A DNA stretch of 24,000 bases, taken from positions 42,447 through 66,446 of the forward strand of contig JBGVQS010000027.1 of NCBI GenBank assembly GCA_045127595.1. Direction: 5' to 3'. Each line of letters starts with the position of its first letter. Position 1 is the stretch's first letter. The stretch is from Candidatus Scatosoma sp. (GTDB lineage: Bacteria; Bacillota; Clostridia; Christensenellales; Borkfalkiaceae). The notes beneath the pieces were generated by a model that was not told where the DNA came from, searched no databases, and saw nothing but the letters and a program-made list of their open reading frames with translations. Positions 10,335-18,216 of this stretch are shown here, one piece after another. The translations under genes and the position numbers were made by a program.

Positions 10335-10363
10335 TTTACAGTTGGGATTTTTTGTTGTATAAT
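10335..10363 (+). promoter_or_regulatory. Sigma-A-type promoter for the spo0A-like gene
   Basis: TTTACA, 17-nt spacer, TATAAT. Confidence 0.7.
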
Positions 10364-10407
10364 AGAAACACTTCCATTGGAAAAGCAAAGAAAAAGGAGT
10401 AGAAAAT

Positions 10408-11169
10408 ATGCGTACGAATTCAATCGTAATATTAGAATTAAACGCGGCTGTATTAGAGCAGTTAAAAGAAGCGTTAAGCAATCATGAAGAATTCAAAATT
10501 TTATATGCGGGCGACGATGGAGACGAAGGCATCAAAAAGATATTGCATCTAAAGCCTGATCTTGTGATTACGGGTATGTTTTTAAAGGGAACGGACGGTT
10601 GCGGAGTAATACATACGGTTAAGAAAACGTGGGCGGACGCAAAAATTATCGCAACGGGCGCACCGAACGATTCGCTCATTGAGCGCGCAATGAATGAGGG
10701 TGCGGCGTATTATTTGGTGAAACCGTTCAGTATTGACGCAGCGATAGAACGTATCCGTGATATTTTGAAAGAGAAAAATGAAAAGAATAAAAACGTGGCG
10801 ATTGGAAGGCGTAAAGCCGTTACGATTGATGAAAAGATCAGTGAAATATTTATTTCGATCGGAATTCCGCCGCATATCAAAGGTTACGGATATTTGCGCG
10901 AAGGGATAAAAATGACGATTGAACGTCCGAATATCATCAATAGCGTTACGAAGGAGCTATATCCATCGATCGCGAAGCGGTTTTCTACGACTTCGAGCAA
11001 AGTGGAGCGTGCCATTCGGCATGCGATAGAAGTGGCATGGAATCGCGGGAGAATTGACGCGATTAACGCTATATTTGGCGCAAGGATATATTTGGGTGCG
11101 GAAAAACCAACGAACAGCGAATTTATTGCGCTCGTTGCGGACAAATTGATTTTAGAAAATATGTTATAA
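10408..11169 (+). CDS. spo0A: Sporulation transcription factor Spo0A homologue with degenerate receiver domain
   Basis: C-terminal domain GIPPHIKGYGYLREGIKM...LYPSIAKRFSTTSSKVERAIRHAIEVAWNRGRID...KPTNSEFIALVADKL is Spo0A-like; the N-terminus is a response-regulator-type receiver. Confidence 0.92.
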   Translation: MRTNSIVILELNAAVLEQLKEALSNHEEFKILYAGDDGDEGIKKILHLKPDLVITGMFLKGTDGCGVIHTVKKTWADAKIIATGAPNDSLIERAMNEGAAYYLVKPFSIDAAIERIRDILKEKNEKNKNVAIGRRKAVTIDEKISEIFISIGIPPHIKGYGYLREGIKMTIERPNIINSVTKELYPSIAKRFSTTSSKVERAIRHAIEVAWNRGRIDAINAIFGARIYLGAEKPTNSEFIALVADKLILENML

Positions 11170-11172
11170 AAG

Positions 11173-11200
11173 AAGAACGGCTGAAAAACAGCCGTTCTTT
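11173..11200 (+). terminator. Rho-independent terminator after the spo0A-like gene
   Basis: AAGAACGGCTG-AAAAA-CAGCCGTTCTT perfect 11-bp stem. Confidence 0.85.
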
Positions 11201-11227
11201 GACGTTGTAGCCTTTAGCGGAAAACAA

Positions 11228-11246
11228 CCACCACTTGAAGTGGTGG
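11228..11246 (+). repeat. Left-end subterminal hairpin of the IS200-like element
   Basis: 8-bp perfect stem with TGA loop. Confidence 0.85.
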
Positions 11247-11269
11247 AATAAAAAATGCTTTAGCAAAAG

Positions 11270-11332
11270 TAATCCTCCTGTGTTATAATAAAGTGGGTTT
11301 GCCGACCACAAATAAACAACACAGGAGGATTA
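11270..11332 (+). promoter_or_regulatory. SD-sequestering inverted repeat in the tnpA 5' region, with internal TATAAT
   Basis: TAATCCTCCTGTGTT (11270-11284) and its exact reverse complement AACACAGGAGGATTA (11318-11332); the 3' arm contains AGGAGG just before the ATG at 11336. TGT-TATAAT at 11281-11289. Confidence 0.8.
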
Positions 11333-11335
11333 GTC

Positions 11336-11806
11336 ATGACTGACACAAATAGTTTATCACATACCAAATGGAATTGCAAGTATCATATCGTATTTTGTCC
11401 AAAATATCGTAGACAAGAAATATACGGTAAGATAAAAGAAGACGTAGGGAAGATACTTCGAAAATTGTGCGAAGCGAAAGGAGTAGAAATTATAGAGGCG
11501 GAAGCATGTCCAGACCATATACATATGTTGGTGTCAATACCGCCCCATTTGAGCGTAGCACAATTTATGGGATATCTGAAAGGTAAAAGTTCACTGATGA
11601 TTTTCGATAGGCGCGCAAACTTAAAATACAAATACGGAAATAGGCATTTTTGGTGTCGTGGGTATTATGTAGATACAGTAGGCAGAAACGAAAAGAAGAT
11701 ATCGGAATATGTAAGGAATCAGTTGCAGGAAGATATAGTAGCCGACCAACTGAGTTTGAAAGAATACATAGACCCGTTTACGGGTAGCAAGAATAGCAAG
11801 GCATAA
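11336..11806 (+). CDS. tnpA: IS200/IS605 family transposase TnpA (Y1 transposase)
   Basis: SHTKWNCKYHIVFCPKYRRQ, CPDHIHMLVSIPP (HUH motif), C-terminal EYVRNQ containing the catalytic Tyr. Confidence 0.97.
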   Translation: MTDTNSLSHTKWNCKYHIVFCPKYRRQEIYGKIKEDVGKILRKLCEAKGVEIIEAEACPDHIHMLVSIPPHLSVAQFMGYLKGKSSLMIFDRRANLKYKYGNRHFWCRGYYVDTVGRNEKKISEYVRNQLQEDIVADQLSLKEYIDPFTGSKNSKA

Positions 11807-11811
11807 AAAGA

Positions 11812-11902
11812 CAGCCGCTTTAGCGGCTGCCTGAGATAGTTTGCGGTTGGCAAACCTTTCAATGAGCCTTTAGGCTCAGCCAGTATTATGCCCTTGAAGG
11901 GC
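11812..11902 (+). repeat. Chain of four short perfect hairpins between tnpA and the right-end hairpin
   Basis: CAGCCGCTTTAGCGGCTG (11812-11829), GTTTGC-GGTTG-GCAAAC (11839-11855), TGAGCCTTTAGGCTCA (11863-11878), GCCCTTGAAGGGC (11890-11902). Confidence 0.75.
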
Positions 11903-11910
11903 CAGTGCAT

Positions 11911-11931
11911 ACCACCAGTTGAACTGGTGGT
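11911..11931 (+). repeat. Right-end subterminal hairpin of the IS200-like element
   Basis: ACCACCAGT-TGA-ACTGGTGGT. Confidence 0.85.
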
Positions 11932-11951
11932 TTTGATTTAATTGTTTTCAA

Positions 11952-13592
<1,641 letters not shown>

Positions 13593-13603
13593 TTACTCTA
13601 TTT

Positions 13604-13891
13604 TCAGTCTTCTACGATTGCCAAAATATCGCTTTGCTTGATAATCGTAAATTCTTTACCATTTACTTTAAAATTAGAACCTGCATAATTTGCGCAAAGT
13701 ACTTTGTCGCCGACTTTTACCTGCATAACGATTTCTTTGCCGTCGATAATACCGCCCGGACCTACTGCTACAACTTGGCAGGTTTGGGGCTTTTCTTGCG
13801 CGGAAGTAGGGAGAAAGAATCCACTTTTCGTCTTTTCTTCCGTCGTAACGCTTTCAACGACTACTTTGTCAAATAAGGGTTTGATATTCAT
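13604..13891 (-). CDS. groES: Co-chaperonin GroES (10 kDa)
   Basis: MNIKPLFDKVVVE...EKTKSGFFLP...VGDKVLCANYAGSNFKVNGKEFTIIKQSDILAIVE. Confidence 0.98.
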   Translation of the reverse strand: MNIKPLFDKVVVESVTTEEKTKSGFFLPTSAQEKPQTCQVVAVGPGGIIDGKEIVMQVKVGDKVLCANYAGSNFKVNGKEFTIIKQSDILAIVED

Positions 13892-13945
13892 AATGTATCC
13901 TCCGATATTGCGGTAAAAAAACCGCCGATTTTTTTATACGAATAT

Positions 13946-13973
13946 ATTATAACCATTTTTTACCGTTCGTCAA
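13946..13973 (-). promoter_or_regulatory. Candidate sigma-A promoter for groES-groEL
   Basis: On - strand TTGACG, 16-nt spacer, TATAAT. Confidence 0.6.
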
Positions 13974-14065
13974 ACAGAAAAAAGAAAATAAATTGCGTTT
14001 TTCTGTTTTTTTATAAAAAAACAAAAAGAAAAGGGCGAGGAATTGAAAAAATCCTTTTGAAAGAA

Positions 14066-14094
14066 TTGATTTTCAGGGAAATAAGTGTTATAAT
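14066..14094 (+). promoter_or_regulatory. Candidate sigma-A promoter for the dCMP deaminase operon
   Basis: TTGATT, 17-nt spacer, extended -10 TGT-TATAAT. Confidence 0.6.
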
Positions 14095-14123
14095 ATAAAA
14101 TGACTTATTGCGTATAAGGAGTA

Positions 14124-14606
14124 ATGTTTTTTATGGCTTCGGCAAAATGGGATAAACGTTTTATGGATCTAGCGGAAACGGTAGCGACTTGGTCAAGCTG
14201 TTTTCAGGAAAACCGCCACGTAGGCGCAATTATCGTAAAAGATAAAAAGGTCATGACGACTGGTTATAACGGCGCGCCCGCAGGAATTAAAAACTGCGAA
14301 GAAAAAGGCGAATGTTTACGTAGAAAACTCAATATTGAAAGCGGTACGAAGCACGAACTTTGCTTTGCCGTTCATGCGGAACAAAACGCAGTGATCCAAG
14401 CGGCGCGTTATGGAATCAACATCAACGGCGCAACCTTATATTGTACGCACCAACCCTGCGTGATATGCGCAAAAATCATCATCAACGCAGGCATTACGCG
14501 CGTTGTATATAAAAACGGCTATCCCGACGAATTTTCGTTGCAGCTTTTTCAAGAAGCCAACGTTACGGTTGAAAAATATCAAGATAATGAGGAGATAAAC
14601 GTATGA
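14124..14606 (+). CDS. Deoxycytidylate (dCMP) deaminase family protein
   Basis: HAEQNAVIQAA ... CTHQPCVICAKIIINAGI zinc-binding deaminase motifs; ATG at 14133 is an alternative start. Confidence 0.92.
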   Translation: MFFMASAKWDKRFMDLAETVATWSSCFQENRHVGAIIVKDKKVMTTGYNGAPAGIKNCEEKGECLRRKLNIESGTKHELCFAVHAEQNAVIQAARYGININGATLYCTHQPCVICAKIIINAGITRVVYKNGYPDEFSLQLFQEANVTVEKYQDNEEINV

Positions 14607-15124
14607 ACAACCCGATTATAACTTTTGAAATGGAAAACGGCAAAATATTTAAAGCGGAGCTCTATCCCGAAAAAGCGCCTAATACCGTCAATAACTTTCT
14701 TTCACTCGTCAATAAAGGATTTTATAACGGTGTCATTTTTCATCGCGTAATCGCGGGATTTATGATTCAAGGCGGAGATCCCGACGGGCGCGGTACGGGC
14801 GGTCCAGGTTATCGTATTAAAGGGGAATTTTTCGCGAACGGTTTCAAAGAAAACGACATTACGCACGAACGAGGCGTTCTTTCCATGGCAAGGGCGCAGG
14901 ATTTCAATTCCGCAGGCTCGCAGTTTTTCGTTATGCATGACGTTGCGGAGTATCTCGACGGACAGTATGCGGCGTTTGGACGAATCATTGAAGGCATGGA
15001 TGTCGTTGACGAAATTGCCACGACGAAAACCGATTGGTACGATCGTCCCTATGAAGATCAAGTTATGAAAAACGTTACTGCAGAAACGTTTGGCGTTGCT
15101 TATGCAGAGCCTATTAAGGCATAA
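14603..15124 (+). CDS. Cyclophilin-type peptidyl-prolyl cis-trans isomerase
   Basis: FHRVIAGFMIQGGDPDGRGTGGPGY, RGVLSMARAQDFNSAGSQFFVM, LDGQYAAFGRIIEGMDVVD. Confidence 0.97.
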   Translation: MNNPIITFEMENGKIFKAELYPEKAPNTVNNFLSLVNKGFYNGVIFHRVIAGFMIQGGDPDGRGTGGPGYRIKGEFFANGFKENDITHERGVLSMARAQDFNSAGSQFFVMHDVAEYLDGQYAAFGRIIEGMDVVDEIATTKTDWYDRPYEDQVMKNVTAETFGVAYAEPIKA

Positions 15125-15136
15125 AGAGAGAAGATT

Positions 15137-16573
15137 ATGACCGATTACAGTATTTACAATAATCCGTTGGTTACGCGCTATGCCAGCAAAGAAATGCAGC
15201 ATGCGTTCTCCGACGAAAAACGTTTTAAGCTTTGGCGTAAGCTTTGGGTAGCTCTTGCCGAATCGGAAATGGAGTTGGGTCTCAATGTTACGGAAGAACA
15301 GGTAGCCGAGTTAAAGCAATACGCAGACGATATCGATTACGAATTAGCGGCAAAGTTTGAACGAGAAGTTCGCCACGACGTTATGGCGCACGTAAAGGCG
15401 TACGGGGAATATGCAAAAAAAGCAATGCCCATCATTCATCTTGGCGCAACGAGTTGCTTTGTCAACTGTAACGCCGAGGCGATGATGCTTTACGACGCAC
15501 TGGAAATTATTCTTAAAAAGCTTGTCAATGTCATTGAAAAATTAAAGAATTTTGCTTTAAAGTATAAGGATTTGCCGACGCTTGGTTTTACACATTTACA
15601 GCCCGCACAGCTCACGACGGTAGGGAAACGCGCTACCTTATGGTTGCAGGATTTGGAAATGGATTACGTGAACTTGATGCATGCAAGGGAAAATATCAAA
15701 CTTCGCGGGGTAAAAGGCACAACGGGTACGCAAGCTAGCTTTTTAGAGCTTTTCAACGGCGATGAAAGTAAGGTAAAAGCGCTTGAAAATAAGGTTTTGG
15801 AAAAGCTCGGGTACGACAAGGTGTACGGCGTAACGGGACAAACCTATCCAAGAAAGCTCGATTATAATATACTTTGTGTACTTTCGCAAATTGCGCAAAG
15901 CTCCTATAAATTCTCCAACGATATTCGTCTTTTGCAAAGTATGAAAGAAATCGAAGAACCGTTTGAAAAGAAACAAATCGGGTCTTCGGCAATGGCGTAC
16001 AAACGCAATCCTATGCGTACGGAACGTATCGGTGCTTTGGCAAGATACGTGATCTCTTTGCCTATGAACAGCGCTTTGACCGCTTCGACTCAATGGTTTG
16101 AACGTACCTTGGACGACTCGGCAAACCGTCGTATTGTCAATGCACAGGCGTTTATGGCAGTAGACGCGATCTTGAATATTTATATGAACGTTGCGGAAAA
16201 TTTGGTCGTTTACGAAAAGGTAATCGCAAAGCACATTCGTGCGGAATTACCGTTTATGGCAACGGAAAATATTATGATGGGTTGCGTAAAAGCTGGCGGT
16301 AACCGTCAAGAACTCCATGAACGTATTCGCGTGCTTTCCATGGAAGCGGGGAAAAACGTAAAAGTGGAAGGCGGAGAAAATAATTTGATTGAACTCATTA
16401 AAAATGATGAAATGTTCAAGCCTGTTTGGGGGCAACTTGACGAGATTTTAGACGCTAAAAACTTCATTGGAAGAGCACCTTCTCAAACGGTAGAATTTAT
16501 TCAAAACGAAATTGAACCGATATTAAATAAGCATGCTCAGTGGCTTGGTAAAACGGGCGACGTGCGCATTTAA
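15137..16573 (+). CDS. purB: Adenylosuccinate lyase
   Basis: 478 aa; signature IGSSAMAYKRNPMRTERI, GVKGTTGTQASFLELF. Confidence 0.96.
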   Translation: MTDYSIYNNPLVTRYASKEMQHAFSDEKRFKLWRKLWVALAESEMELGLNVTEEQVAELKQYADDIDYELAAKFEREVRHDVMAHVKAYGEYAKKAMPIIHLGATSCFVNCNAEAMMLYDALEIILKKLVNVIEKLKNFALKYKDLPTLGFTHLQPAQLTTVGKRATLWLQDLEMDYVNLMHARENIKLRGVKGTTGTQASFLELFNGDESKVKALENKVLEKLGYDKVYGVTGQTYPRKLDYNILCVLSQIAQSSYKFSNDIRLLQSMKEIEEPFEKKQIGSSAMAYKRNPMRTERIGALARYVISLPMNSALTASTQWFERTLDDSANRRIVNAQAFMAVDAILNIYMNVAENLVVYEKVIAKHIRAELPFMATENIMMGCVKAGGNRQELHERIRVLSMEAGKNVKVEGGENNLIELIKNDEMFKPVWGQLDEILDAKNFIGRAPSQTVEFIQNEIEPILNKHAQWLGKTGDVRI

Positions 16574-16582
16574 GGGGAAAAA

Positions 16583-16741
16583 ATGAAAAAGAAACTGATG
16601 ATATTATCGCTTTGCTGTTGTTTGTTTGTCGCGATTTGCGGAATCTTTTCTTCTTGTATGTTGAGCGAACCTGAACAGCCTTCTACAAGCAAAAATTCGG
16701 CGGTAAACGGCGATACGGATTCTTGGACGGGGAATTATTAA
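16583..16741 (+). CDS. Small 52-aa secreted/lipoprotein-like peptide, candidate precursor for the adjacent maturation/export genes (not in the ORF track)
   Basis: ATG 16583 after AAGGGGA; translates MKKKLMILSLCCCLFVAICGIFSSCMLSEPEQPSTSKNSAVNGDTDSWTGNY*. Basic N-terminus, hydrophobic stretch, FSSC lipobox-like site; 9 bp after purB and 9 bp before the kinase-like gene. Confidence 0.72.
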   Translation: MKKKLMILSLCCCLFVAICGIFSSCMLSEPEQPSTSKNSAVNGDTDSWTGNY

Positions 16742-16750
16742 GGCATAAAT

Positions 16751-17464
16751 ATGATTTACGATATTGCAGGTCTGCGGATAAAAATTGAAAATCAATATTC
16801 TTTCACGGATAATTTTTGCAAAGCCTACCTTTCGGAAGATCAATCTTCCCCCAGTGATATTATTGCTGCGGTAACCCAAGAAGAATTTGCGGAAGAAAAA
16901 GAAAAAAGCGAAGGTTTTTCAGACGGATATATTGAAAATATTTGTTTGTATCGCTCGATTTGTTTGCAACTTCCCAAATTTAATCGTATGCTTTTGCATG
17001 CAGCGATTCTCGAATGCGACGGAAGCGGTTATGCATTTTTAGGGAAAAGCGGCACGGGGAAATCTACGCATACGCGATTGTGGTTACAGTATTTACCGCA
17101 ATCCTTTATTGTAAACGGCGACAAACCGATTTTAGAATTTACGGATCATGGCGTTTTTGCCTACGGTACGCCTTGGATGGGAAAAGAACGTTTCGGCAGG
17201 AATACGAAAACGGAACTGAAAGGGCTTTGCTTTTTAGAACAGGCGAAAGAAAATTCAATCGAAAAATTATCCGTTACAAAAATTGCGGCAAGATTATTCA
17301 TTCAGATTCTTTTGCCGACCGAAGAAAAAGCGGCTACGCGGACGTTAGAACTCGCAGACGAGTTGGTGATGCGCGTGCCGGCGTACTTATTGAAATGCGA
17401 TATTTCCGAAAAAGCGGTTGCAACGTCTTACGAAGCATTGACGGGAAAAGCTTATAACATTTAA
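16751..17464 (+). CDS. HPr kinase/PEP carboxykinase-like P-loop protein of the type found in RiPP clusters
   Basis: Walker A FLGKSGTGKSTHTRLW, VNGDKPIL, and YGTPWMGKE (PEPCK-like PWxGKE). Confidence 0.82.
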   Translation: MIYDIAGLRIKIENQYSFTDNFCKAYLSEDQSSPSDIIAAVTQEEFAEEKEKSEGFSDGYIENICLYRSICLQLPKFNRMLLHAAILECDGSGYAFLGKSGTGKSTHTRLWLQYLPQSFIVNGDKPILEFTDHGVFAYGTPWMGKERFGRNTKTELKGLCFLEQAKENSIEKLSVTKIAARLFIQILLPTEEKAATRTLELADELVMRVPAYLLKCDISEKAVATSYEALTGKAYNI

Positions 17465-17483
17465 AAAAATACGGAGGAAACGT

Positions 17484-17747
17484 ATGAAGATAAAAAAAGG
17501 ATTTGTTGTTCGCGTTGTTGGCGGCGAACACGTTGTCGTACCGGTTGGGGAACTTAGCAAAACCTTTCACGGTATGATCAATTTAAACGGAACGGGCGCG
17601 TTTTTATGGAATTTCTTCACGCAGGATCATACGGTAGAAGAAGGCGTTGAAGCACTTTGCGCTGAATACGACGTTGCGGAAGAAAGAGCAAGAGAAGACG
17701 TGGAACGTTTTGCACAAATTATAACGGCGAACGGATTTACGGAATAA
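17484..17747 (+). CDS. PqqD family protein (RiPP recognition element-like)
   Basis: 87 aa; NLNGTGAFLWNFFTQDHTVEEGVEALCAEYDVAEERAREDVERFAQIITANGF fits the PqqD/RRE helical pattern. Confidence 0.85.
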   Translation: MKIKKGFVVRVVGGEHVVVPVGELSKTFHGMINLNGTGAFLWNFFTQDHTVEEGVEALCAEYDVAEERAREDVERFAQIITANGFTE

Positions 17748-18214
17748 TGGAAGCACAGCAAACAAAAAATATAGAAAGCGTACTTTTGGAAAAGGGCGTG
17801 TATATTGGTCCAACCGTTGGGGTAAGTATGCTACCCATGCTAAAAAATAGGCGGGATACAATCGTTGTTCGTCCCAAAACGGGAAAATTGAAACCGTTGG
17901 ACGTTGCGCTTTATCGGCGCGGAGAAGCTTACGTTTTGCACCGTGTTTTGCGGCCGACGGATAGCGGATATATTATCCGCGGCGATAATTGCTATTCCGA
18001 CGAAAACGTGCCGGAAGATTGCGTAATCGGCGTTTTAACCGAGTTTTTCCGTAAAGGAAAGCATATTGATTGTACGGACGAAAAATATATCGCTTACGCA
18101 AAAAGACGTGTGAAAACTTATAAATTTCGCCGTTTTTTTGTATTATTAAGAATGCGAACCGTCGGATTAATAAAGAAAATTGTAAGAGTTTTTATTAAAA
18201 AGAAAAAGGACTAA
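17747..18214 (+). CDS. S24/S26 family (signal-peptidase-like) serine peptidase
   Basis: GVSMLPML (Ser), VLHRVL (His, rather than the bacterial Lys), IIRGDN. Start overlaps the PqqD stop by 1 bp. Confidence 0.83.
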   Translation: MEAQQTKNIESVLLEKGVYIGPTVGVSMLPMLKNRRDTIVVRPKTGKLKPLDVALYRRGEAYVLHRVLRPTDSGYIIRGDNCYSDENVPEDCVIGVLTEFFRKGKHIDCTDEKYIAYAKRRVKTYKFRRFFVLLRMRTVGLIKKIVRVFIKKKKD

Positions 18215-18216
18215 TT

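Larger units (their letters stand above)
11228..11931 (+). mobile_element. IS200/IS605-type insertion sequence, tnpA only (outer cleavage sites not determined)
   Basis: Y1 HUH transposase flanked by subterminal palindromes CCACCACT-TGA-AGTGGTGG (11228-11246) and CCACCAGT-TGA-ACTGGTGG (11912-11930). No tnpB. True ends lie somewhat outside these hairpins. Confidence 0.88.

Noticed and set aside
11228-11931. TnpB/Fanzor-like RNA-guided nuclease associated with the IS605-family element
   Set aside because: Only tnpA is present; no ORF with RuvC-like motifs in or next to the element.
14702-15202. 166-aa minus-strand ORF opposite the cyclophilin gene
   Set aside because: Opposite strand has a clear cyclophilin; no motif in the shadow ORF.
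17014-17457. 147-aa alternate-frame ORF inside the HPrK-like gene
   Set aside because: Arg-rich shadow frame entirely within a motif-supported CDS.
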